A DNA stretch of 64,000 nucleotides from Candidatus Aenigmatarchaeota archaeon. Its GTDB lineage: Archaea; Aenigmatarchaeota; Aenigmatarchaeia; PWEA01. Numbering within the stretch: the first letter of the stretch is position 1; each line of letters opens with the position of its first letter. Shown here piece by piece: positions 1-8,040 of this stretch. Location: assembly GCA_046539325.1 (NCBI GenBank), contig JBKHHD010000005.1:2165-66164 (forward strand). The letters run 5' to 3'. The notes under the pieces were generated by a model. That model was not told the DNA's origin, ran no database searches, and worked only from the letters and a program-made list of their open reading frames with translations. Both the position numbers and the translations under genes were made by a program.

Positions 1-1
1 A

Positions 2-1291
2 GCACCTGAAAATACGACAATTGATTACAACACTACAGAGTTCGGCAGCAAGAACATCACGAGTAAAAGGAACGTCACTTTTTATGCCAACGCAAGCGAC
101 GACATCTCGGGTATCGAAAATATATCTATAGAGGTCAGTTCAGATGATGCCGATTACTACAGAAACAAAGTATGTGAAGTCAGTGGCAAGGAGGACACGA
201 CATGTTATTTAACCGAAGACGGTCAGCCATTCGGCGACCAGGACTATGTAGAGTACAACGCTACGGCCTTTGATGTAGCCGGTCAGTCTTCGACTTCGGA
301 AGGTTCCTTGCAGATATGTGGTATTTCACAAGTTCGGATAGGCAGTGATATAGTTTCTGAGGATACCTGTGGAGAAAGGGATGAAGATAAGGGTTATATG
401 AGAATACGAACCGAAGAGTGTCAGGAAGGACAGAAGGCAGGAATAAAGGCTGAGACTGTTGGTGAGTGTCCATCCCTCTTCCTTGAGACTGAGGCGGAAA
501 ACGATTTCGATAGCAGCGTCAACGACGAGATAAACGAGGGAATCGTACATCCTGAGGCAGAAGATCCTGTAGTTGGAAGTTGTGAAGTTAAGTATGGCGG
601 GGGTGCGGATGAGGATATCATGGACGGAATTTACAGTGAAGTCAGAGGCGACTTTTCAGATGGGGATGTTATTGCGGAGACATGGAAAGTCGACAATATA
701 CCTTACTACTGTCGCGGTGAAAAGGTCAATGCCCAGGGATATACCCTGTATGAGAACGAAAACAATGATGATTCACCTGTAGCAAGTCCCGAGGAAGGAG
801 ATGTGATAGCCCGAGGGAGTGTTAATGGAAGTGTTACCTTCGACCCGACTATAAAGAAGATGGAGTTCGGTGTCGTTCCTGAGAAGAACATACAGACCGG
901 TCTCAGGGAGTACGTCTACCCGATGAACGTGACCAACTGGAACGATGGGCCCGTCGCCACGAGGTTCTCCTGGGACCCTATAGATCCTGTGCTTTCACAG
1001 GGCTGGTTATACGAATTTGCCAGAAGCTTCGACACCGAGGAAAAGAGCGTGGGAAATACCTCCTACGACAATATGTTGGGTTTCGACTACGACAGAAGTC
1101 CTACAGGTCTATATGATGCTGAAAGCAGGGATCTGCAGCTGGTACTCGGTGGAAGGAGTGAAAGGGACGAGGACAAGAACATGGAGGAGTTCGCACTCGT
1201 TGTGGAGACACCGTTCGGTGCAGAGCCAGGTCCTTACTTTAGCAATGTTAGAATGACAAGGAACGAAAGTGTCTTAAGTCCTCAGCCATAG
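2..1291 (+). CDS. C-terminal part of a large acidic, Cys-containing surface/secreted protein (5' end lies outside window)
   Basis: Frame 2 is open from nt 2 to the stop at 1289-1291 with no upstream start in the window. Translation is D/E-rich with many N-x-S/T sequons and scattered Cys. The listed ORF 308..1291 is only the part after the first Met. Confidence 0.5.
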   Translation, partial: APENTTIDYNTTEFGSKNITSKRNVTFYANASDDISGIENISIEVSSDDADYYRNKVCEVSGKEDTTCYLTEDGQPFGDQDYVEYNATAFDVAGQSSTSEGSLQICGISQVRIGSDIVSEDTCGERDEDKGYMRIRTEECQEGQKAGIKAETVGECPSLFLETEAENDFDSSVNDEINEGIVHPEAEDPVVGSCEVKYGGGADEDIMDGIYSEVRGDFSDGDVIAETWKVDNIPYYCRGEKVNAQGYTLYENENNDDSPVASPEEGDVIARGSVNGSVTFDPTIKKMEFGVVPEKNIQTGLREYVYPMNVTNWNDGPVATRFSWDPIDPVLSQGWLYEFARSFDTEEKSVGNTSYDNMLGFDYDRSPTGLYDAESRDLQLVLGGRSERDEDKNMEEFALVVETPFGAEPGPYFSNVRMTRNESVLSPQP

Positions 1292-1297
1292 ATGAAC

Positions 1298-1948
1298 CTA
1301 CTTCTTCACGAGGGCGAGGATATTCTTTGAGAACTCTTTTATCAGGGGTATGCTGTAAGACTTCTCCGGCTTTAGTTCGAGAACTTCGAAGCCCGCTTCT
1401 TTGAGATCCTTTTTTAGTTCCTTGTACGTGTAAAGGTAGTAGTTCCTCTTCAGTTCTTTTCCTTTGTAGTCCCAGCTCTTTTCTATTACTTTGTCCTCTG
1501 CAATGAACTCCTTCTGTCTCTTGTTCCAGACGGTTATGAAGGCCTCGCCGTTTTGTTTGAGAACCCTCTTCATCTCTTTCAGTGCCTGGGTTCTTTGTTC
1601 TTTTTCGAGGAGGTGATGCAGGGAAGCTATGCAGATCACGTGGTCAAATGCTTCGTCTTCGAAGGGGAGAGTTTTCATGTCTCCTGTTATTAATTTCGGC
1701 GAGAAGTTGAACTTGGAGGAGTAATCCTCTGCTTTGTTGAGGAGCTCCGTTGAAACGTCGAGGCCGTAGAGGTCGAACTTGTCCCTGTCGAAGGGGAGGA
1801 AGTCGGCACCGTGTGCACAGCCTATGTTGAGGAGCTTTCCACCGTTCCACCCTTCGTTAAGTTCTTCCAGTTCATCCTGGAACAGGCTCCAGTGCCTTAT
1901 GTTGTACCAGGAGTCCGCTACCTCGTCGTAGAACATCCTCGGTTCCAT
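1298..1948 (-). CDS. Class I SAM-dependent methyltransferase (type 11 fold)
   Basis: Motifs LDVS..., DHVICIASLHH and ITVWN fit a Rossmann-fold methyltransferase. Likely start is the ATG at 1948 (MEPRMFYDEV...); the longer ORF to 2224 has a low-complexity Ser-rich N-terminus that overlaps elp3. Confidence 0.65.
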   Translation of the reverse strand: MEPRMFYDEVADSWYNIRHWSLFQDELEELNEGWNGGKLLNIGCAHGADFLPFDRDKFDLYGLDVSTELLNKAEDYSSKFNFSPKLITGDMKTLPFEDEAFDHVICIASLHHLLEKEQRTQALKEMKRVLKQNGEAFITVWNKRQKEFIAEDKVIEKSWDYKGKELKRNYYLYTYKELKKDLKEAGFEVLELKPEKSYSIPLIKEFSKNILALVKK

Positions 1949-2000
1949 GATCCTAAATGAGACCCGTGAGTTTTTAACTTTCACTTTTCCTTTTACAACT

Positions 2001-3572
2001 ATGTCGATGATAAGGTCTGAGGAGAGAAAGGAGGTTGCTGAGGAGGTGCTGGAGGTATTGCTGAAGGAGGATATTCCTAGGGAGGAGGTGCACAGTTTGA
2101 AGACGAGGATAGCTTCTGAGCATGGTTGCAAGATACCTTCAAACGAGGAGGTACTGGAGCTCGCTTCCGGTGAGGAAAGGGAGAAAGTTCTGGACAGGCT
2201 TCGTAGGAGACCTTCAAGAAGCAAGTCAGGCGTTTCTATAGTCGCTGTGATGACCTCGCCTGAAGAATGTCCTCACGGGACGTGTGTTTACTGTCCCAGA
2301 GACGAAGGGGCCCCGCAGTCTTATGTGGACAACGAACCAGCTGTTATGCGGGCCCAGCAGAACGGATTCGATCCTTACAAGCAGACGGAGAGACGATTGG
2401 AGCAGCTGGAGCTCACGGGTCATCACGGCAACAAGATAGAGCTTATAGTCATGGGCGGCACGTTTCCTGCCCGCGATTACTCTTATCAGAAGGAGTTCGT
2501 CAAAGGTTGTTTCGATGCGTTCAACCAAGAGGAAAGCGAAAGTTTGGAGGAGGCGAAGAGGAAGAACGAGGAAGCTGAGCACAGGTGCGTTGGTCTCACC
2601 GTGGAGACACGGCCGGACTACTGCAAGGAAAAGGAGATAAAAAGGATGTTGAACTTAGGCACTACACGCGTGGAACTGGGGGTGCAGGTACCTGACGACG
2701 ATGTTTACAGAAAGGTGGATAGGGGTCATTCCGTGGAAGACGTGGCTGAAGCGACGAAGCTGTTGAAGGACTCGGGGCTGAAGGTCACCTATCACTATAT
2801 GCCCGGACTACCTGGCTCCGATTTTCAGCAGGATCTCGAGTACTTTGAAAAGCTGTTCTCCGATTGGAGGTTCATGCCGGACGCGCTGAAGATATATCCC
2901 ACCCTTGTTGTGAAGAACTCTGAGCTCGAGGAGCTTTACGAGAAAGGTGAGTACGAGCCTTACAGCGACGAAGAGCTGATTGATCTCATGGTCGAAGTAA
3001 GGAAGAGGATTCCTCCGTGGGTTAGGGTGATGCGCCTTAACAGGGACGTGCCTGCGGAGGCTATTGTAGGGGGTTGTAAAAAATCTAACCTTAGGCAGAT
3101 AGTCTCGCGGGAGTTGGAGGAACGCGGTAAGGGTTGTAGGTGCATAAGATGTAGAGAAGTTGGTAGAAGTGACATAAACAAGGAGTTGGAATTTGAGCTA
3201 GTGGTGAGAAGTTACAGAGCTTCGGATGGCAAGGAATATTTCCTATCCTTTGAGAACAAGGAGGAAGATGTTATAGCTGCGTTGCTTCGTCTGAGGATTC
3301 CTAATGAGCCCTTTGTCGAGGATCTGAACAAGGACACTGGCCTTGTCAGGGAGCTTCATGTGTATGGTCCTGAAGTTCCTTTGGAAGGTAAGAACGGGGG
3401 AGTACAGCACCATGGTTATGGGAGGAGACTTTTGAAGAGGGCTGAGGAGATCGCAGATGAAAAAGGTATGGACGAATTAGCTGTAATTTCAGGTGTAGGG
3501 GCAAGAAATTATTATAGAAAGCTTGGATACAAGCTAGCGGGAAATTATATGGTCAAAGGCCTGAAAAGTTGA
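2001..3572 (+). CDS. elp3: Elongator protein 3 homolog (radical SAM plus GNAT acetyltransferase; tRNA U34 cm5 modification)
   Basis: Radical SAM cysteine motif CPHGTCVYCP, a central TIM-barrel region and a C-terminal GNAT motif (HHGYGRRLLKRAEEIA). Length is ~520 aa. Start chosen at ATG 2001 (MSMIRSEE); an alternative ATG at 1947 overlaps the divergent gene. Confidence 0.85.
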   Translation: MSMIRSEERKEVAEEVLEVLLKEDIPREEVHSLKTRIASEHGCKIPSNEEVLELASGEEREKVLDRLRRRPSRSKSGVSIVAVMTSPEECPHGTCVYCPRDEGAPQSYVDNEPAVMRAQQNGFDPYKQTERRLEQLELTGHHGNKIELIVMGGTFPARDYSYQKEFVKGCFDAFNQEESESLEEAKRKNEEAEHRCVGLTVETRPDYCKEKEIKRMLNLGTTRVELGVQVPDDDVYRKVDRGHSVEDVAEATKLLKDSGLKVTYHYMPGLPGSDFQQDLEYFEKLFSDWRFMPDALKIYPTLVVKNSELEELYEKGEYEPYSDEELIDLMVEVRKRIPPWVRVMRLNRDVPAEAIVGGCKKSNLRQIVSRELEERGKGCRCIRCREVGRSDINKELEFELVVRSYRASDGKEYFLSFENKEEDVIAALLRLRIPNEPFVEDLNKDTGLVRELHVYGPEVPLEGKNGGVQHHGYGRRLLKRAEEIADEKGMDELAVISGVGARNYYRKLGYKLAGNYMVKGLKS

Positions 3573-3604
3573 GATGTTTAAGCTTTAAGTAAAATCTTTT
3601 TTCT

Positions 3605-3931
3605 ATGAGTTCAGAAATCTCAATTGATGACTATAAGAAAGTTTTGGAGTTGGGACAAGAAGAATTGAAGGAATATATTGAAGATCCAAGTGGAATTTAT
3701 CTTCCAGCTGAGATTATAGCTGCGGGTGTTAAAGGGGAAAGTATAGAGGAAGTAAAAGAAGGACTCGATGAGCTTGTTGAGAAAGGAGAAGTTGAAAAGG
3801 CTGAGGTCCTTAAGAATCCTGTCAAAGTCTCAGATAAGGAATATGGAATAACAGGTCCTCTTATGCATCTTCAGACTCATCCCGAAAGTTTCATGAAAAC
3901 TACTGAGGCTTATAGGCTTACTGACGAATAG
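3605..3931 (+). CDS. Hypothetical small acidic protein
   Basis: 108 aa ORF in a gene-sized gap downstream of elp3, E/K-rich. No recognisable motif. Confidence 0.4.
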   Translation: MSSEISIDDYKKVLELGQEELKEYIEDPSGIYLPAEIIAAGVKGESIEEVKEGLDELVEKGEVEKAEVLKNPVKVSDKEYGITGPLMHLQTHPESFMKTTEAYRLTDE

Positions 3932-4013
3932 ATGATCAATAATTACAGTCCCATGATTTTAGTAGAGTTAATTGTGGTTAATATTATTAGGAATTTTAAT
4001 CAATTGTTTATTA

Positions 4014-4832
4014 ATGAAAATAGTTTACTCGAAAGAATGTCTTCAATTTGGATCAAAGGGACATCCAGAATCACCTAGTAGAGTTGAGAAAGCAAAAAAG
4101 TTTCTTGAGAAGAAGGGATATGAGTTCTTGAAGCCTGGGAAATGCAGCGAAGAAGATCTAAGATCGGTACACTCAAGGCGCCTAATCGAGAAGGTAAAGA
4201 ATGAAGAGTTCTCGAATCCAGACTGCCCGAACTACCATGGTATTTATGATTATGCGCGTCTTTCTGTAGGTGGGGCCTTGGAGGCTGCTGAAATAAATGG
4301 TTTCTCACTTATGAGGCCTCCGGGGCATCATGCCACAAGGGATAGCGTAGGCGGGTTCTGCTACTTCAATAGCATAGCCGTAGCTTTGGAGAAGTTTGGG
4401 CATAGAGCTTTGATCGTGGATATAGATCGGCATCACGGAAACGGGACGCAGGACATATTTCTCGGAAGTGAGAGAGTGGAGTACGTTTCTCTCCACGGTC
4501 CTGGTTATCCTGGAACAGGTACAGCCTTGAAGGAAAACTACCATAACCATTTATTCAGAAAGCGAGTGGGTGAAGGGGAGTACATGAAAGTTCTGGACAA
4601 GCTTCTGAACCTGGACAGAGAATTCGATATTTTGGCGGTCTCTGCGGGCTTCGATACGTACAAACAAGATCCATTAGCCTCGAAAATACACCTGTCTACA
4701 GAATCTTATAGAAGTATAGGGCAAAGACTTGCTGAACTGGAACTTCCTGTATTCTGTGTTCTGGAAGGCGGTTACAGTGCCGGTAAGCTTGGCGAAAACA
4801 TACACAGTTTCCTTCAAGGCCTTCAGGACTAG
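4014..4832 (+). CDS. Histone deacetylase/acetoin-utilisation (AcuC/HDAC) family amidohydrolase
   Basis: Motifs GHHATRDSVGGFCYFN and DIDRHHGNGTQDIF match the arginase/deacetylase fold. ATG at 4014; the ORF call at 3972 is a TTG. Confidence 0.75.
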   Translation: MKIVYSKECLQFGSKGHPESPSRVEKAKKFLEKKGYEFLKPGKCSEEDLRSVHSRRLIEKVKNEEFSNPDCPNYHGIYDYARLSVGGALEAAEINGFSLMRPPGHHATRDSVGGFCYFNSIAVALEKFGHRALIVDIDRHHGNGTQDIFLGSERVEYVSLHGPGYPGTGTALKENYHNHLFRKRVGEGEYMKVLDKLLNLDREFDILAVSAGFDTYKQDPLASKIHLSTESYRSIGQRLAELELPVFCVLEGGYSAGKLGENIHSFLQGLQD

Positions 4833-5242
4833 TGTTGCTTTAACATTTCTCTGAATCTTGTCGACGAGTACTTTCCGGACCTGTAAGGCTTTACCCTTTC
4901 TATCTTTACTTCATCTTTGTAATTTTCCAGAGATTTCTCAAGTCCTTCTGGCCTCTGATCGTGTCCGAGAGCTATTACGTCCGGCTCGACTTTTTTTATC
5001 GTTGCCAAGAAATCGACATGTTTATCACCCACTAGGACCCCATCCACTGCTTCCAGACTTTCTAACATTCTCTTTCTTTCTTCATTGGTGAACAGGTTGT
5101 CCTTTATGTTGTTTTCGTGGGTTATGACTACCCATAGCTCCACTTTCCTGTACAGCTTCTCGCACTCTTCAAGGTAAAAAATATGGCCGGGATGTAGAAG
5201 GTCGAACTTCCCGCTGGCCAGAACCCTTGGAATTTCAGGCAC
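4829..5242 (-). CDS. ribL: Cytidylyltransferase-like nucleotidyltransferase, probably archaeal FAD synthase RibL
   Basis: N-terminal SGKFDLLHPGHIFYL (HxGH nucleotidyltransferase motif) and a ~137 aa length typical of archaeal RibL. 4-nt overlap with the HDAC-like gene's stop. Confidence 0.6.
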   Translation of the reverse strand: MPEIPRVLASGKFDLLHPGHIFYLEECEKLYRKVELWVVITHENNIKDNLFTNEERKRMLESLEAVDGVLVGDKHVDFLATIKKVEPDVIALGHDQRPEGLEKSLENYKDEVKIERVKPYRSGKYSSTRFREMLKQH

Positions 5243-5894
5243 CCGTGAAGCCCTGGAGGCTGTTGTTCGCTTCCTTGCAAGCTTCCTCGTAGAGACAGTA
5301 CTTGCACTTGTCGAACTTCCAGTTGCTTTTGTCGGGCTTTTTAGGCACTACATCCTTCTTTATCATCTCCAGAAGTTTCTCAAACTCTTCCTCAAGCTCC
5401 TCCACGACCTCATCATCCTTCTCAATGAAGAACTCCTTCAGCTTCTGTGTTCCTTTACACTCCACAAGAACTATCCCTTCGTCTATGTCGAAATGGTGCA
5501 GGTAAAGCTGGAGCTGCTTCTTCCACGACTCCTTCGGGCCATCAAGCGTCTTGAAGCTGTAAGGGCTGGCTGACTTTATCTCTACAACGTAGTTCTCGTC
5601 GTTTATAGAGACTATAGCGTCGGCCCTTCCGTGAAAAAGTGACTGGTCGGGCATCTCCACCTCTGAAGCTGTGACTACGCCTGCGGAGTAGAGGGCCGAG
5701 ACAAGCCTCTGGTGTATCAGATTGCCCCTTTCGAACTTCCTGTTGGTCTGCGGATCCAGGTCCTCCTTCTCAGCTCCCTTCACCTTGAAGTATATCTTCC
5801 TTTTACAGTCCGTTACCTCTGAAGCGTAGAAGTAGTCCCTCTCCTTGTCCTTCTCTTCCTTCCTGTAAAAATCATCTATCATTTCCTTGAGCAT
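5235..5894 (-). CDS. Cas4-like PD-(D/E)xK nuclease with C-terminal Cys cluster
   Basis: HGRADAIV...VVEIKSA forms a D...EIK RecB-like nuclease motif. An N-terminal Cys (DCKRK) plus C-terminal CKYCLYEEAC match the four-Cys Fe-S arrangement of Cas4/DUF83. No CRISPR array or other cas genes nearby. Confidence 0.6.
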   Translation of the reverse strand: MLKEMIDDFYRKEEKDKERDYFYASEVTDCKRKIYFKVKGAEKEDLDPQTNRKFERGNLIHQRLVSALYSAGVVTASEVEMPDQSLFHGRADAIVSINDENYVVEIKSASPYSFKTLDGPKESWKKQLQLYLHHFDIDEGIVLVECKGTQKLKEFFIEKDDEVVEELEEEFEKLLEMIKKDVVPKKPDKSNWKFDKCKYCLYEEACKEANNSLQGFTGA

Positions 5895-5967
5895 ACTACC
5901 ATTTCTTGTAGGAATCTACTTAAAATTTGAGGGTAAAGCTTAAACTCTTTGAAATTAATGAAAGGGT

Positions 5968-6348
5968 ATGAGAATCTGTCCTAGCTGTGGCTCGGAAAAG
6001 ATAAGAACCGACAGGGGGAACTTCCTTGCACTCATAGGCATGGACCGCGGTTACGCCTGTACAGAGTGCGGCTACAAAGGAAGTTTTTTCCTGGATATAG
6101 AGGAGGAGAAGCTTGAGGAGGCGAAGGAGTTTCTTCAAGAGAGAGATACAGAAGAGTTCAAAGAAAAGATGATGAACGCGGAACTAGGCTTCAACAAAGG
6201 TAAAATAGTCTTCGGCCTTGCTTTTTTCCTTATGGGAATTCCTCTCATACTTTTTATGCCTCTGGGATTGAACTTCTTCATAGGAGTACTTTCGATCTTT
6301 ATAGGACTAGCTCTGATTCACGGCGAAGCTAAGAAGTTAAACTCTTAA
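5968..6348 (+). CDS. Zinc-ribbon (CPxCG...CTECG) protein with two C-terminal TM helices
   Basis: N-terminal CPSCG...CTECG zinc ribbon, an acidic linker, and two hydrophobic helices at the C-terminus. Confidence 0.5.
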   Translation: MRICPSCGSEKIRTDRGNFLALIGMDRGYACTECGYKGSFFLDIEEEKLEEAKEFLQERDTEEFKEKMMNAELGFNKGKIVFGLAFFLMGIPLILFMPLGLNFFIGVLSIFIGLALIHGEAKKLNS

Positions 6349-6911
6349 GCAAAACTCATATCTTCCTGACACTGAGGACAGAGAAGGTTTCCGTTTACCT
6401 CCTCAAGGTCCTCTGAGTAGTTCTCGCATGACTCACACTGGCCAACTTCCTTTTCTTCTATGCTCATCTCCGCGCTTTCAGGACCGAGCTTTATTCCCTG
6501 GCTTATATCGAGGTACAGGTTTGGTCTTACCTGCATTATATCATGCTGGGAAATGATACCCAGTAGCTCGTCGCCTTCCATGACCACAAGCCTTTCTATA
6601 CCTTCCTTGACCATAACTCTTGCCGCGTCTTCTATATCCATATTAGGAGAAATCGTAACCATGTCTTCCGTCATTATCTCCTTTGCCTTGTTTCCTCTAT
6701 CGCCGACTACAAACTTGTTGACGACGTCCGAGTTGGTTATTATACCCTCTACTTCTCCGTCGTCCTTTATTATAACAGAACCTCTTTTTCCCTTCTTCAG
6801 CGTTTTTGCTATATCACAGACTGAATCCTCGCGGCTAGCGTAGTTCAGGTCCTCTGACATGACTTCTCTTACAAGCGGCGTATCCAGATCTTCTTCGATC
6901 ATGCCTTTCAC
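6345..6911 (-). CDS. CBS-pair domain protein with C-terminal zinc ribbon
   Basis: Two CBS-like repeats (VREVMSEDL..., IMTEDMVTISP...) and C-terminal CESCEN...CPQCQ. Confidence 0.7.
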   Translation of the reverse strand: MKGMIEEDLDTPLVREVMSEDLNYASREDSVCDIAKTLKKGKRGSVIIKDDGEVEGIITNSDVVNKFVVGDRGNKAKEIMTEDMVTISPNMDIEDAARVMVKEGIERLVVMEGDELLGIISQHDIMQVRPNLYLDISQGIKLGPESAEMSIEEKEVGQCESCENYSEDLEEVNGNLLCPQCQEDMSFA

Positions 6912-6944
6912 TCTGTGGATGTGATACTTAAAAGTTTTTCGGAG

Positions 6945-7110
6945 GGAAAAAGTGTGGAGGGTCGTGTTCAGGTCCTGGCTACCTTCCTCGCCGTTGCCTT
7001 GCCCAGACGGCGCGACTCGCAGAGTTCTCCCGTGTGTTTTACTGTCCGTCTCACATACACCCCTCCGGCCTCAAGGACCTTGTGGGATGCACGCTCCACG
7101 CCTTAAAAAG
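6945..7110. ncRNA. Candidate structured non-coding RNA (strand unresolved; SRP-RNA-like segment possible)
   Basis: A 320 nt intergenic gap contains a locally GC-rich block. Terminal complementarity GUGGAG(6955-6960) / CUCCAC(7095-7100), internal complementary stretches (GGUCC/GGACC), and a CAGGUCC motif reminiscent of SRP RNA helix 8. A TTAAAAG box sits at 6927 and an oligo-T run follows on the minus strand at 6945-6949. Not verified by a covariance model. Confidence 0.25.
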
Positions 7111-7185
7111 ACAGGCTAGACCTTTGGCCCCCGTCCACATCCTAGAATTCTTTTCAAAGTATTTAACTTTTCCGGACACACAAGA

Positions 7186-7200
7186 AGAAACTTTTAAATA
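7186..7200 (+). promoter_or_regulatory. TATA-like box (AACTTTTAAATAAGG) ~35 nt upstream of ATG 7232
   Basis: AT-rich TTTTAAATAA element at archaeal TATA spacing relative to the downstream pilin-like gene. Confidence 0.4.
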
Positions 7201-7231
7201 AGGCAAAGAAGATACTTGTAACAGTGGTCTT

Positions 7232-7540
7232 ATGGCTGCGAAGAAAGGTATTGCCCTTCCTATCAACATGCTTGTAATCCTCGCTGTCGCAGTTATCGTC
7301 CTACTTTCTGTAGTTGCTTTCTTCATGGGACAGTGGGATCCTGGTGCTGTTGAGGCTCAGAATGTTGTCAACAACTGCTGTCACCCTGTTGCTACTAATC
7401 CTACCGAGTACTGTAATGAAAGCTCCTGGGGTGGCGAGGATAACAGTTTACATGACAATGTAACGGTGAGTGGAAATGAGATTGAATGCAGCGAATATGT
7501 GTCCAGCCCAAGTGACTGTCCTGCCTGTACACAGGTTTAA
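7232..7540 (+). CDS. Class III signal peptide (type IV pilin-like) protein with Cys-rich C-terminal domain
   Basis: N-terminus MAAKKG|IALPINMLVILAVAVIVLLSVVAFF has a basic residues-Gly cleavage motif followed by a ~22-residue hydrophobic helix. C-terminal region has 7 Cys and N-x-S/T sequons. Confidence 0.6.
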   Translation: MAAKKGIALPINMLVILAVAVIVLLSVVAFFMGQWDPGAVEAQNVVNNCCHPVATNPTEYCNESSWGGEDNSLHDNVTVSGNEIECSEYVSSPSDCPACTQV

Positions 7541-7704
7541 TTGTCCTGAAGTCGAACAGCTTATTTCCAATTTTATTCTCCATTTACACAACTTTTAAAT
7601 ACTTTTATTGCCCAATGAAAAGGACGGGAAAGTGGGTTTTAGTGGTCTAAAGTACTGGAAACTCAAAGATTCAAACAACTGAACAAAAAACGGAGGTGAA
7701 TCTA

Positions 7705-7986
7705 ATGACAGAAGAAGCAGAAGACAACGTAATTTTCGTTGGAAACAAACCACCTATGAGCTACGTTCTTGCCTGTGTAACACAGTTCAACGATGGTATG
7801 GAAGAGGTACACATCAAGGCAAGAGGTAAAGCGATCTCAAGAGCTGTCGACGTCGCAGAGATTACAAAAAACAGATTTGAAGAGGATGCTGTGATCGAAA
7901 GCATCGACACGGGAACCGAAGAGATCGAAACCGACGAAGGTGAGGAAATCAACGTTAGCTCAATTGACATCTTGATGACGAAGTAA
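7705..7986 (+). CDS. albA: DNA/RNA-binding protein Alba
   Basis: [23 protein letters not shown]...[17 protein letters not shown] matches the Alba (Sso10b) consensus. GGAGGTGA Shine-Dalgarno 6 nt upstream of ATG 7705; the ORF call at 7696 is a GTG. Confidence 0.9.
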   Translation: MTEEAEDNVIFVGNKPPMSYVLACVTQFNDGMEEVHIKARGKAISRAVDVAEITKNRFEEDAVIESIDTGTEEIETDEGEEINVSSIDILMTK

Positions 7987-8017
7987 GGCAGAGAAGTGAA
8001 ACAGTCAACGTCCCAAC

Positions 8018-8040
8018 TCTTTCTTTTTCTTTTTATTCTG
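8018..8040 (+). terminator. Oligo-T tract (CTTTCTTTTTCTTTTTATTCTG) downstream of albA
   Basis: A T-rich run directly after the albA stop, matching the archaeal intrinsic terminator style. Confidence 0.35.

Noticed and set aside
326-891. Minus- and plus-strand ORFs (326..550, 421..621, 573..782, 706..891) inside the large surface-protein frame
   Set aside because: All overlap the long open frame 2..1291 in other frames or antisense. Their compositions are Ser/Leu/Pro-skewed, typical of shadow ORFs.
1947-2000. Elp3 start at ATG 1947 (541 aa call)
   Set aside because: It would overlap the divergent methyltransferase start codon. The 18 added residues (MILNETREFLTFTFPFTT) are hydrophobic and not Elp3-like, so ATG 2001 is preferred. 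The choice is not certain.
1949-2224. N-terminal 92 aa extension of the methyltransferase ORF (call 1298..2224)
   Set aside because: The extension is low-complexity Ser/Leu-rich and runs antisense through the elp3 5' region. The internal ATG at 1948 is followed directly by the conserved methyltransferase core.
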